From an uncultured Ruminococcus sp. (GTDB taxonomy: Bacteria; Bacillota; Clostridia; Oscillospirales; CAG-272): 64,000 nt of DNA. Shown here in pieces: positions 1 through 9,730 of the stretch; the stretch's first letter is position 1; every line of letters begins with the position of its first letter. The stretch spans positions 16,460 to 80,459 of the forward strand of contig CACZAZ010000001.1 of assembly GCA_902779285.1 (NCBI GenBank). Direction: 5' to 3'. Under the pieces are notes generated by a model that did no database searches, had not been told where the DNA came from, and worked only from the letters and a program-made list of their open reading frames with translations. Position numbers and translations under genes: made by a program.

Positions 1-751
1 GCAGCCGGTTGACGCCCTCCACCTGAAGGTCGCCGCCGACGTCCTCGGTCAGCGCGTCGTAGATCAGCGAAACGATCGGATGCACCACCGGCGAGACGCT
101 CCCCATCCGGCTTTCCAGTTCGCGGATCCGGGGCAGCGTGATCTCCTCGACCGTCGCGCCGGCGATCAGGTCGTTCAGCGCCTCGACCAGCCGCGACGCC
201 TCCTCTTCCCCGAGGGAGAAGGAGAGCCGCAGGTTCCGCGCCTTGACGCCCCCGTCGTCGAGCATCATCACCAGAACGAAGTTCTTTTGGTCGCGGTAGA
301 TCCCGTCGAACTTCTCGACCCGTCTCCCCGCGGAACGCGGTTTGACCGAGAATCCGGTGTAGTTGGTGATCCGCGACGCCAGCCGCGACGCCTCCGCCAG
401 GATCCCGTCCATCTCGCTGACCTTCTGCTTTAGGGTCCGGTTGATCTGTTCGATCTCGTCGGTCGTCATCCGGTAGCGCCGGAGCAGCGAGTTGACGTAA
501 TAGCGGTAGCCGAGTTCCGACGGGACCCGCCCCGCCGAGGTGTGCGGCTGTTCGAGCAGCCCCAGCGCCTCCAGTTCCGCCATCTCGTTCCGAATGGTCG
601 CGGAGGAGCAGTTCAGCCCGGCGTCCTGCGCCAGATACTTCGATCCGACCGGCTCGCCGTACGCGATATGCGCGTCGATGATCGCTTTCAGGATCTTCTT
701 TTTTCTGTCCGAAAGCAGGACTTCTTCATCCCGCCCCATCAGTTCCGTCAT
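1..751 (-). CDS. hrcA: Heat-inducible transcription repressor HrcA (5' part; runs off the left edge)
   Basis: Hand translation of the minus strand from the ATG at 751..749 gives MTELMGRDEEVLLSDRKKKILKAIIDAHIAYGEPVGSKYL...GRVPSELGYRYYV, the HrcA winged-helix N-terminus. The SD GGAGGAG lies upstream. The frame stays open to position 1. It is absent from the ORF track because it is truncated by the edge. Confidence 0.9.
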   Translation of the reverse strand, partial: MTELMGRDEEVLLSDRKKKILKAIIDAHIAYGEPVGSKYLAQDAGLNCSSATIRNEMAELEALGLLEQPHTSAGRVPSELGYRYYVNSLLRRYRMTTDEIEQINRTLKQKVSEMDGILAEASRLASRITNYTGFSVKPRSAGRRVEKFDGIYRDQKNFVLVMMLDDGGVKARNLRLSFSLGEEEASRLVEALNDLIAGATVEEITLPRIRELESRMGSVSPVVHPIVSLIYDALTEDVGGDLQVEGVNRL

Positions 752-793
752 GGCTCCTCCTCCCGTTTCTTTCCGGCTTTTCGGTCCGGCGGT

Positions 794-820
794 TTAGCAC
801 TCAATGCAGTCGAGTGCTAA
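794..820. promoter_or_regulatory. CIRCE operator (HrcA binding site)
   Basis: TTAGCACTC-N9-GAGTGCTAA is a perfect match to the CIRCE consensus. It sits between the hrcA promoter and the hrcA start. Confidence 0.92.
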
Positions 821-831
821 TTTCATGATAT

Positions 832-860
832 AAGATACCACCGAAAACCGCTTTTGTCAA
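832..860 (-). promoter_or_regulatory. sigmaA-type promoter of hrcA
   Basis: The minus strand reads TTGACA-17 nt-TATCTT, immediately upstream of CIRCE. Confidence 0.6.
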
Positions 861-1101
861 GGGCTCGGGGCTTGATTTTTGTGAACAAATTGTTAATTCC
901 ATGCGGAGAGTGCTAACGCGCCCCTCTCGTTCGCCCCTCTCTCGTTCGCGCAGCGAACATATCGAACGCGAGCTTGCGAGCGTATATCGAATCGAGCGCA
1001 GCGAGATATATCGACGACTTGGCGCCTTCGGCGCGCGATATGTGCTTCGCACGCGATATGCCTGCGGGCGAAAATTCGTTCTTTTTTCGTTCTTTTTACG
1101 C

Positions 1102-1130
1102 TTGACTTTGATAATAATATATAGTATAAT
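1102..1130 (+). promoter_or_regulatory. sigmaA-type promoter upstream of rny
   Basis: TTGACT-17 nt-TATAAT. This would give a ~230-nt leader before the rny ATG. Confidence 0.6.
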
Positions 1131-1362
1131 ATTTGCTGGGAAAATTCATTCGTCCGACGTGTAACGGGCGAACGGACTCCCCTGCCCGAGCAGTCGGGCG
1201 CATCTCAAAGCTACCGGTATCCACCCTCGCCCCGGGACATAGAGCAAAGACCGTTTCCCCGGATGCGACGGATACCGAACCTATGCGGCGCGTCCCCGTT
1301 GATATCCGAACGGGAGACGAACTGCCGCGCCCCCGCGAAATACGAATAAGAAAGGAAACGAA

Positions 1363-2898
1363 ATGTTCTGGTACATCATCGTGGCGGTCGCCGCGCTCGC
1401 AGTCGGCGGGCTCGCCACCTACCTGTTCCTCAAAACCGGCGGAAAAGCGAAGCTCGCTTCCGCGCAAGCAGAAGCGAAACAGATCCTCGAGGACGCGATC
1501 CGCACCGCCGAAACGAGAAAGAAGGAATCCCTGCTCGAAGCGAAGGAAGAAACCATCCGCTTAAAGAACGACGCGGACAACGAGATCAAGGAACGCAGAC
1601 GCGAGATCTCCCGCCAGGAACACCGGCTCGCCCAGAAAGAGGAGAATCTGGACGGCAAACTTGAAAGAATGGAGAAAAAGGAGGTCGCCCTTCAGCAGAA
1701 ATACAAAGAAGCCGAAGACAAGATCGCCGAGATCTCCGCGCTCAAAGAGACCGAGACCGCCAAACTGGAGAAGATCTCCGGCATGACGAGCGACGAAGCC
1801 AAGCGCGAGCTGCTCGACAAACTCTCGGGCGAACTCCAGCACGAGACCGCGCTGAAGCTCTCCGAATACGAGGCGCAGTTCCGCGAGGAAGCCGACGCGA
1901 AGGCGAAGGATATCCTCTCGCTCGCGATCCAGCGGTGCGCCGCCGACCACGTCAGCGAGGTCGCCATCTCGGTCGTCTCCCTGCCGAACGAGGATATGAA
2001 GGGACGGATCATCGGCCGCGAGGGTCGGAACATCCGCACCATCGAGACCCTGACCGGCGTGGAACTCATTATCGACGACACCCCCGAAGTCATCACGATC
2101 TCCGGGTTTGATCCCGTCCGGCGCGAGATTGCACGGCTCGCGCTCGAGAAACTGATCGCAGACGGGCGGATCCACCCCGCGCGTATTGAAGAAATGGTGG
2201 AAAAGGCGCAACGCGACGTCGAACAGTCGATCAAGCAGGCGGGCGAAAAAGCCGTCTTCGAGACCGGCGTCCACGGGCTGAATCCCGAACTGGTCAAACT
2301 GCTCGGTCGGCTGAAATACCGGACGAGTTACGGTCAGAACGTCCTGCGCCACTCGATCGAGGTCTCGCTGCTCTCGGGCATCATGGCGGACGAACTCGGC
2401 GTCGACTCCACCCTGGCGAAACGGGCGGGGCTCCTCCACGATATCGGTAAGGCGCTGACCGCCGAGATCGAGGGCTCGCACGTACAGCTCGGCGTGGACG
2501 TCGCGAAGAAATACCACGAGAGCAAGGACGTCATCCACGCGATCGAGGCGCACCACGGCGACGTGGAGGCGAAATCGATCGTCGCCCTGCTCGTGCAGGC
2601 GGCGGACGCCATTTCGGCGGCTCGTCCGGGCGCACGGCGCGAGAACGTCGAAAACTACATCAAGCGGCTGCAGAAACTCGAGGAGATCTCGTCCGAATTC
2701 AACGGCGTCGACAAGTCCTTCGCCATTCAGGCGGGGCGCGAAGTCCGCGTGATCGTCAAGCCCGAGATGATCGGCGACGACGAGATGAAACTGCTCGCCC
2801 ACGATATCGCCAAGAAGATCGAGGGCGAACTCGAATATCCCGGGCAGATCAAGGTCAACGTCATTCGCGAGAGCCGCTACACGGACTACGCGAAATAA
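1363..2898 (+). CDS. rny: Ribonuclease Y
   Basis: 511 aa with an N-terminal TM helix, a coiled-coil K/E-rich region, a KH domain ([22 protein letters not shown]) and an HD domain (LLHDIGK). Confidence 0.95.
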   Translation: MFWYIIVAVAALAVGGLATYLFLKTGGKAKLASAQAEAKQILEDAIRTAETRKKESLLEAKEETIRLKNDADNEIKERRREISRQEHRLAQKEENLDGKLERMEKKEVALQQKYKEAEDKIAEISALKETETAKLEKISGMTSDEAKRELLDKLSGELQHETALKLSEYEAQFREEADAKAKDILSLAIQRCAADHVSEVAISVVSLPNEDMKGRIIGREGRNIRTIETLTGVELIIDDTPEVITISGFDPVRREIARLALEKLIADGRIHPARIEEMVEKAQRDVEQSIKQAGEKAVFETGVHGLNPELVKLLGRLKYRTSYGQNVLRHSIEVSLLSGIMADELGVDSTLAKRAGLLHDIGKALTAEIEGSHVQLGVDVAKKYHESKDVIHAIEAHHGDVEAKSIVALLVQAADAISAARPGARRENVENYIKRLQKLEEISSEFNGVDKSFAIQAGREVRVIVKPEMIGDDEMKLLAHDIAKKIEGELEYPGQIKVNVIRESRYTDYAK

Positions 2899-3143
2899 TT
2901 CCGGGCTTCCGCATTCGGCGCAGATCGAAAAGCGCGGACGTGATTTGAAAAAAGCAGCGCGGTAACGCTCTCCCCTTTTTCAAAGGAGAAAATCCTTTGG
3001 ATCTTTCCGATTTCATTCAAGCGCTTTTCTATCCCCGTTCTCGCCCTCTCGCAGTATGATATACAGCTTCGGAGCGAGAGCGGGGATTCTGCATCCGAAT
3101 CCGTTTGCCCCGATTTCCCTTTTTGAATTCTTTGGAGGTAACT

Positions 3144-3926
3144 ATGCTTCGTGTATTGGTGCTCGGCGACGTACTGTCTCCGTCGACGGTCGCGTTTCTT
3201 TGCCGGCGGCTCTGGGCTTTCCGGCGCGAGAACCGGATCGATTTTACCGTCGTGAACGGCGAGAACGCCGGATTTTTGTCGGGGATCGGGTCGAAGGACG
3301 CCGCGCTCCTGCTCGACGGGGGCGCCGACTGCATCACGGGCGGCAACCACACCATGGCGGCGAAATCGATCTATTCCATGCTCGACTCGTCCGACCGGGT
3401 GTTGCGCCCGATCAATCTTGCAGACGGCGTTCCCGGCGCGGGCTATACCATCCTGCCCGCGCGCGACCGGCGGATCCTCGTTTTCTCGGCGCTCGGCTGC
3501 CTGTTCATGGAGGCGGGGACGCCCGACCCGGTGCCGTATATCGAACGGGTGCTTGAACGCGAAGCGGGGAGATACGACCTGTCGGTGCTCGACCTGCACG
3601 CCGAGGCGACGGGCGAAAAGATCGCCGCATCCTTCCGTCTCGACGGTAAGATCTCCGCGATCTACGGGACCCACACCCACGTCCCGACCGCCGACGAGAC
3701 CGTCCTCCCGAACGGGACGGGCTATATCTCGGACGTCGGATTCTGCGGACGTACCGGCGGCGTCCTCGGCGTCAAGACCGAGGTGATGACCGCCCGGCAA
3801 AAGACCCGGCTCCGCTACTCCTACTCCGAGGCGGAGGGACCCTTCCGCGCACAGGGCGCGATCTTCGATATCGACGAATCGACCGGAAAGGCCCTTGCGG
3901 TGAAACGCGTCGAGTTCGGTGAATGA
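3144..3926 (+). CDS. ymdB: YmdB-family metallophosphoesterase (2',3'-cyclic-nucleotide phosphodiesterase-like)
   Basis: MLRVLVLGDV...GENAGFLSGIG...GGNHT motifs. The start was moved to the ATG at 3144, which follows GGAGG. The rny-ymdB pairing is conserved in Firmicutes. Confidence 0.85.
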   Translation: MLRVLVLGDVLSPSTVAFLCRRLWAFRRENRIDFTVVNGENAGFLSGIGSKDAALLLDGGADCITGGNHTMAAKSIYSMLDSSDRVLRPINLADGVPGAGYTILPARDRRILVFSALGCLFMEAGTPDPVPYIERVLEREAGRYDLSVLDLHAEATGEKIAASFRLDGKISAIYGTHTHVPTADETVLPNGTGYISDVGFCGRTGGVLGVKTEVMTARQKTRLRYSYSEAEGPFRAQGAIFDIDESTGKALAVKRVEFGE

Positions 3927-3945
3927 CCTGACGTGAGGTAAAAAG

Positions 3946-6900
3946 ATGCTCTATAAAAAGAATCGGGAGAAAACGCTCTCGCCCGAACTGTTCAAAGACC
4001 CGACCGCCGAATACCGCGGCACCCCCTTCTGGGCGTGGAACTGCCACCTCGAAAAGGACGAGTTGCTCCGGCAGATCGACGTGATGAAAGAGATGGGCTT
4101 CGGCGGCGCGCACATGCACGTCCGCACCGGGCTCGACACGCCGTACCTGTCCGACGAGTTCTTCGATCTGATCGCGGCGTGCGTCGATAAGTCCGAGCGC
4201 GAGGGGATGCTCGCCTGGCTCTACGACGAGGACCGCTGGCCCTCCGGCGCGGCGGGCGGCATCGTCACCAAAGACGTGCGTTACCGTCAACGCACCCTGC
4301 TTTTCACGAAAACCCCCTACCAAGAGAACGAGGGCGGGGAGGGTCTCTCCGATTCGAGCGCCGCGGCGGCAAGGGCAGGCAACGGCAAACTGCTCGCCCG
4401 CTACGCCGTCCGGCTGAACGAAAAGGGCGAACTTGCCGCCTACCGCCGGCTTGCCGATAACGAAACGGGAGAGCCGGACGAATTGCTCCGCTACGCCTAT
4501 CTCGAAACGCCGCTTGAGAATCCCTGGTTCAATAACCAGACCTACCTGAACACCCTGGATCCCGCGGCGGTCGCCCGGTTTATCGAGGTGACGCACGAGA
4601 GCTACCGCCGCCGGCTGGCAAAGTCCTTCGGCAACACCGTTCCCGCGATCTTCACCGACGAGCCGCAGTTCACCCGCAAGAACGTACTGCCCTTCGCGGA
4701 AAGCGACCGCGACGTGACCCTTCCCTTCTCGGACGATCTCGAAGACACCTTTTTCGCCGCCTACGGCGTGTCTCTGCTCGATCATCTGCCGGAACTGATC
4801 TGGGAAAAGCCGAACGGGGTCTCCCGGATCCGCTACCTCTACCACGACCACGTCGCAGAGCGCTTCTCGTCCGCGTTTGCCGATCAGATCGGAACGTGGT
4901 GCAAAAACAACGGGCTGGAACTGACCGGACACATGATGAACGAACCGAGTCTCAAGAGCCAGACCTGCTCGCTCGGCGAGGCGATGCGCTCCTACCGTTC
5001 CTTCGGGCTGCCCGGGATCGATATGCTGCGCGACCGCCACGAGTTCACGACGGCGAAGCAGGCGCAGTCCGCGGTGCATCAGTACGGGCGCGAAGGGATG
5101 GTAAGCGAACTGTACGGCGTGACCGGCTGGGATTACGATTTTCGCGGGCACAAACTCCACGGAGACTGGCAGGCGGCGCTCGGCGTGACCGTCCGCGTCC
5201 CGCACCTCGCCTGGGTCTCGATGAAGGGCGAAGCCAAGCGCGACTATCCCGCGTCGATCAACTATCAGTCCCCCTGGTATACCGAGTACCGTTACGTCGA
5301 GGACCACTTCGCCCGGGTCGCGACCGCCCTCACCCGCGGAAAACCGATCGTCCGGGTCGCCGTGATCCACCCCGTCGAGAGTTACTGGCTCCATTGGGGA
5401 CCCGCCGAACAGACGGCGGCGATCCGCGACAAACTCGAAAAACGATTCTCGTCGCTCACCGAATGGCTGCTGTTCGGCGCGATCGACTTCGATTTCATTT
5501 CGGAATCTCTTCTGCCCTCGCTATGCCCCTCGTCCGACGCCCCGCTCCCCGTCGGGGAAATGCGCTACGACGTCGTGATCGTTCCGGGCTGCGAGACCCT
5601 GCGTTCGACAACGCTGGAACGCCTCGAAACCTTTCAAAAGCGGGGCGGCCGCCTGCTCTTTTTGGGCGAAGCGCCCCTCTACGAGAACGCCCTCCCCTCC
5701 GAACGCGGTAAGAAGCTATGGGGATCTTCCGAGATCCTCCCCTTCGAACGCAGCGACCTTCTCGCAGCGCTTGAATCGGTGCGCGAGATCGAACTCCGCG
5801 ACGCCTCCGGATCGCTCTCGGATCGGCTGATCTCCCAATACCGTCAGGACGGCTGCGACCGCTGGCTGTTCCTCTCGCAGGGCAGAGATCCCTACAACAA
5901 GGACGTCGCCTCGTTTACCGACGTGACCGTGACGGTCAAGGGGAACTTCCGCCCGACCCTCTACGACACCCTGACCGGCGGGATCTCCCCGCTCCCCTAT
6001 ACGATCAACGGCAACAAAACGGTCTTTACCCGCCGCTTCTACGACCACGACAGTCTTTTGGTCAAATTGACCCCCGCAAAAGCGACCGACGCGGATCTTT
6101 TGCCCGCTTCCCCACAGGCAACCAAGCCCGCCGTCCTCTCTCTCCCCGACCTCGTCCCGTACGAGACGTCGGAGCCGAACGCGCTTTTGCTCGACTACGC
6201 GGAATACGCCCTTGACCGGGGAGAGTTCCGACCGAAGACCGAGATCCTCCGGATCGACACGCTGCTCCGCCGGGAACTGGGCTGGCTGAAGGGCGACCGC
6301 TGGGATTCGCTGGGCTCGTCGGCGCAGCCGTGGGTGCTGCCGCCGGAGATCCCGACGCATATCGTGACGCTCCGCTATACGGTCCTGTCGGACGTCGAAC
6401 TCCCCGCCGTCAAACTGGCGCTGGAGGACGCGGACGTCGCGACGATCGAGTGGAACGGTGCCCCGATCGACCGGAATCCGGAGGGGTTTTACGTGGACCG
6501 GTGCATTCAATGCGTCGCTCTGCCCGGAGTGAAACGCGGAGTCAATACGCTCTTGATCACGCTTCCCTACGCGAAGCGGGTCTCTCTTGAGCGGATCTAT
6601 CTCCTCGGGGACTTCGGCGTTGCGGTGAACGGACAAACGGCGAAACTGACCGAGGCGCCGGAGCGGGTCGGGTTCGACGATATCACGCGGATCGGGTTCC
6701 CGTTCTTCTCGGGCGTGTTCCGCTACGAGATCCCGTTTGCGTCAAACGGCGGGGAGCTCGTCCTCTCCGTTCCCCACTACCGCGGGGCGCTGGTCACGGT
6801 GAAACTCGACGGGAACGACGTCGGCAGGATCGTCTATTCCCCCTATCGGCTCCCGCTCGGGGCTCCCGCCGCCGGAGAACATACCCTCACGCTCTCGCTC

Positions 6901-7065
6901 TACGTCTCGCGCCAGAACGGATTCGGTCCTTTGCATAACGCCGACGAAAAGCACGTCGTCACCCCCTCCGCCTGGAGAAGCGGCGACGATAAGTGGACCG
7001 ACTCCTATCGGCTCTCTAAAGAAGGAATCCTGACCAAACCGATTTTGACCGAGGAAGGCAAGTAA
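3946..7065 (+). CDS. Large putative glycoside hydrolase (GH106/jelly-roll-like; family uncertain)
   Basis: 1039 aa. The N-terminus RGTPFWAWNCHLEKDELLRQIDVMKEMGFGGAHMH is typical of large bacterial glycosidases. No signal peptide is evident. Confidence 0.55.
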   Translation: MLYKKNREKTLSPELFKDPTAEYRGTPFWAWNCHLEKDELLRQIDVMKEMGFGGAHMHVRTGLDTPYLSDEFFDLIAACVDKSEREGMLAWLYDEDRWPSGAAGGIVTKDVRYRQRTLLFTKTPYQENEGGEGLSDSSAAAARAGNGKLLARYAVRLNEKGELAAYRRLADNETGEPDELLRYAYLETPLENPWFNNQTYLNTLDPAAVARFIEVTHESYRRRLAKSFGNTVPAIFTDEPQFTRKNVLPFAESDRDVTLPFSDDLEDTFFAAYGVSLLDHLPELIWEKPNGVSRIRYLYHDHVAERFSSAFADQIGTWCKNNGLELTGHMMNEPSLKSQTCSLGEAMRSYRSFGLPGIDMLRDRHEFTTAKQAQSAVHQYGREGMVSELYGVTGWDYDFRGHKLHGDWQAALGVTVRVPHLAWVSMKGEAKRDYPASINYQSPWYTEYRYVEDHFARVATALTRGKPIVRVAVIHPVESYWLHWGPAEQTAAIRDKLEKRFSSLTEWLLFGAIDFDFISESLLPSLCPSSDAPLPVGEMRYDVVIVPGCETLRSTTLERLETFQKRGGRLLFLGEAPLYENALPSERGKKLWGSSEILPFERSDLLAALESVREIELRDASGSLSDRLISQYRQDGCDRWLFLSQGRDPYNKDVASFTDVTVTVKGNFRPTLYDTLTGGISPLPYTINGNKTVFTRRFYDHDSLLVKLTPAKATDADLLPASPQATKPAVLSLPDLVPYETSEPNALLLDYAEYALDRGEFRPKTEILRIDTLLRRELGWLKGDRWDSLGSSAQPWVLPPEIPTHIVTLRYTVLSDVELPAVKLALEDADVATIEWNGAPIDRNPEGFYVDRCIQCVALPGVKRGVNTLLITLPYAKRVSLERIYLLGDFGVAVNGQTAKLTEAPERVGFDDITRIGFPFFSGVFRYEIPFASNGGELVLSVPHYRGALVTVKLDGNDVGRIVYSPYRLPLGAPAAGEHTLTLSLYVSRQNGFGPLHNADEKHVVTPSAWRSGDDKWTDSYRLSKEGILTKPILTEEGK

Positions 7066-7103
7066 CGCTTCGGTCCGTCTGCAACGGACGCCGGAACAGG
7101 ATG

Positions 7104-7220
7104 GAGTTCTTCCACTTTCTTAGAAGAAAGTGGAGCAAAGAACTTCATTATGGGAATGATAATGAAGTTTGCAAAACGGCGCCACCCGCAGGACAGCCGC
7201 CGTTTTGCGGTTCTATAGCC
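7104..7220 (-). repeat. Three-hairpin intergenic repeat, copy A
   Basis: Shares the core GCAAAGAACTTCATTATGG.AAT.ATAATGAAGT..GCAAAACGGCG...CGCCGTTTTGCGGTTCTATAGCC with copy E (58733..58861). It matches copies B, C and D in reverse complement. Confidence 0.85.
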
Positions 7221-7274
7221 GGCTCTTTCGCTGTTTGATCTGCTTTTGGTCACTTATTCTAAACAGTAAAAAAT

Positions 7275-7310
7275 GACCGTGTCGTTCATCCGGCACGGTC
7301 GTTGTTTTTT
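7275..7310. terminator. Bidirectional rho-independent terminator
   Basis: GACCGTG...CACGGTC stem, flanked by an A-run and a T-run, between convergent genes. Confidence 0.7.
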
Positions 7311-7343
7311 ATAGGTAGCGTCTTCTTTATTTGCTGCGTTTTT

Positions 7344-7436
7344 GAAACCGCGAAACGAGGTACGAGTTTCGCCAACTTCATATTTCTATGAAGTTCTTTG
7401 CCCCTCTTTCTTCCAAGAAAGAGGGAAAAACTCTCG
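7344..7436 (+). repeat. Three-hairpin intergenic repeat, copy B (degenerate)
   Basis: GAAACCGCGAAACGAGG..AGTTTCGCC / AACTTCATATTTCTATGAAGTT / CCCTCTTTCTTCCAAGAAAGAGGG, then AAAAACTCTCG. The architecture and orientation match copies C and D. Confidence 0.7.
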
Positions 7437-7469
7437 TAATCACTGTTGGGGGGTGGTTGGAAAAAACAT

Positions 7470-8195
7470 TTATTCTTCGGTGATTTTGAGCTTTTTGATT
7501 CGTTTCTTCGCCCTGCCGACGTCGCGGAGCATGCGGCGGGTATCGCGGAAGAAACGGATGGTGGACGGGCGGTTATTCACGATCTTCACGGGCAATTCTC
7601 CGAACTTATACCCGCACTTTTGTCCGATCTTGATCGCCTCGTAATCGAAGGCGAAACGGTCGACCTCGCAGAGGGCAAAGATCTTCTTCGCCGCGTCGTG
7701 ACGGAACCCTTTGATCCCGGTCTGCGAATCCGAGAGCGACAGTCCGCCCCAGAACCGGAGCAGTCGAAGATAAGTTTTGGAGACGAGTTTGCGGAAGAAG
7801 TTATATCCCGCGTATCCCTCGGGGTGTTTTACTCTCGATCCCACCACCGCGTCGCACTCCGGATGCTCGTCGAAGAATCTGACCGTCTCGGAGACGACGT
7901 CAAGTCCGTAGGCGAGATCGCAGTCGGTGAACACGATCAGGTCGCCTTTCCCCTCGAGCATTCCCTGCCTTACGGCGTACCCCTTGCCGCGGTTGGGCTG
8001 ATAGGAGATATACCGGACGGCGCCGGAGCAGACCTCGTCCAGTATCTCTTTCGATCTGTCGGTCGAGCCGTCGTCGACGAAAATTACTTCGTGATCGTCG
8101 GGATACGTAAACTCCATATAATCCCGAACGGCTTTTACGGTCTCGTTCAGGATCGATTCTTCGTTATAGAGCGGAATAACCAGAGTGATCTTCAT
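7470..8195 (-). CDS. Family 2 glycosyltransferase (polyprenol-phosphate sugar synthase-like)
   Basis: MKITLVIPLYNEE...VIFVDDGSTDRS is the GT2 signature. 241 aa. Confidence 0.85.
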   Translation of the reverse strand: MKITLVIPLYNEESILNETVKAVRDYMEFTYPDDHEVIFVDDGSTDRSKEILDEVCSGAVRYISYQPNRGKGYAVRQGMLEGKGDLIVFTDCDLAYGLDVVSETVRFFDEHPECDAVVGSRVKHPEGYAGYNFFRKLVSKTYLRLLRFWGGLSLSDSQTGIKGFRHDAAKKIFALCEVDRFAFDYEAIKIGQKCGYKFGELPVKIVNNRPSTIRFFRDTRRMLRDVGRAKKRIKKLKITEE

Positions 8196-8280
8196 ACTTT
8201 CGTCCTCCGACGCCCATTATAGCATTCTTTTTTCGGTTTTGCAACCCGCTTTTCGACGCGAAAAAATATTTTTAAAAAAG

Positions 8281-8321
8281 TTTTCCACATAGTTGAAAAA
8301 AATAAAAGTATATGGTATAAT
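8281..8321 (+). promoter_or_regulatory. dnaA promoter with an overlapping DnaA box
   Basis: TTGAAA (8293-8298)-17 nt-TGgTATAAT (extended -10, 8316-8321). The DnaA box TTTTCCACA at 8281-8289 has 1 mismatch. The surroundings are AT-rich. Confidence 0.6.
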
Positions 8322-8404
8322 GAAATATAAACATTTTCAAATAAGTATAAATAATAGTACGCGCGAAGACGACGGCAGGTCTGCCGAAGGGAAAGGACGA
8401 ACCG

Positions 8405-9717
8405 ATGGATACGCTGAAAGATATTGAATCTTCGGTCCTCGAACAACTGAAAAGCAAGTTCACGCCCACCATCTACGATCTCTGGTTCAAGAGTTTGCAG
8501 CTGGTCTCGCTCGACGGGGACGCCGCCGTTTTTTCGACCGACAGCAACTTCAAGCAGGACCTGATCGAAAAGCGTCACGCCGGCGCGATCAAGGACGCGT
8601 TGAAAGAAGTCGTCGGGTTTGAGGTCCGGATCGTCATCGAGTCGCGCGAGGGCAGAGACGGTTTTCACATCCCGGAGATCGAGGACCGTCCCGAGCCGAC
8701 CATGAAAAAACCCGTTTTGCCCGACGATCCCGAGCCCGAAAAGATCAACCCCGAGGAGGCGATCGAGAGTTCTTCGATCGTCGACGAATACACGTTTGAG
8801 AACTTTATCGAGGGGGAATCCAACCGATTCGCTCTCGCCGCCTGCCGCGCGGTGGCTCTCTACTCGGGTTCCCCCGACAAAAAGGACGAGATGGACGTTT
8901 CGACCTACAATCCACTGTTCATCTACGGTCCGAGCGGCGTCGGCAAAACGCATCTTCTGTTCGCTGTGACGATAAATTCCGTCAGCATTATCGGAACGCC
9001 GACGTGCTTCTGATCGACGACGTGCAGTTCATCGCCGGCAAGGAATCGACCCAGGAGGAGTTCTTCCATACCTTCTCCGCGCTCTACGAGAACGGCAAAC
9101 AGATCATTCTGACCTCCGACCGTCCGCCGAAAGACATCAAAACGCTGGAGGACCGTCTGCTCACCCGTTTCATCTGGGGTCTGCTCGCGGATATCCAGCC
9201 GCCGAGTTTCGAGCTTCGCACCGCCATCATCAACAAGAAGGCGGAGAAACTGAAGATCTCGATCCCCGGCGACGTCGTCGAATATCTGGCGACCAAACTG
9301 CAGAACAACATCCGTCAGATCGAGGGGTCCATCAAGCGGATCGCCGCGATCAGTTTACTTACCGGATCTCCCATCACGACCGATCTTTGCCGGCGCGCGA
9401 TCTCGGACATCCTTTCCGGCAACGAGCCGGTCGACGTAACGGTGGACCGGATCATCACTCTGGTCTCCAAACGGCTGAATATCCCGGTCGAGGATATCCG
9501 GTCGAAAAACAGAACGGCGAAGTTCGTCAACGCCCGTCACATCTGTATCTACATGATCCGGCAGCTCTCCGACGTCAGTTTCAACACGCTCGGAGAAATA
9601 TTCGAGAGAGACCACGCGACCATTATTGCGGCGTTTCGTAAAGTCGATTCCGCGATGGCTTCCGATCCCGAATTCGCCGCGTTCGTCAACGGGATGATGG
9701 AGGAGATCAAGAACTGA
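8405..9717 (+). pseudogene. dnaA: Chromosomal replication initiator DnaA, split into two frames (8405..9013 and 9004..9717) with an internal deletion
   Basis: Frame 1 ends ...NPLFIYGPSGVGKTHLLFAVT and then reads out-of-frame residues to a stop at 9013. The other frame resumes at DKFRQHYRNADVLLIDDVQFIAGK and carries the rest of domains III and IV. About 35 residues normally lie between Walker A and Walker B (cf. B. subtilis HAIGHYV...[20 protein letters not shown]) and are absent here. Confidence 0.85.
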
Positions 9718-9730
9718 CGGTTTGTCCGTT

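Noticed and set aside
80-820. Plus-strand ORFs 80..433, 540..797 and 542..820
   Set aside because: They overlap the minus-strand hrcA coding sequence, which translates into a clean HrcA N-terminus.
908-916. Second CIRCE element near 890-916
   Set aside because: Only the right half-site GAGTGCTAA is present. The expected left half, 9 nt away, does not match TTAGCACTC.
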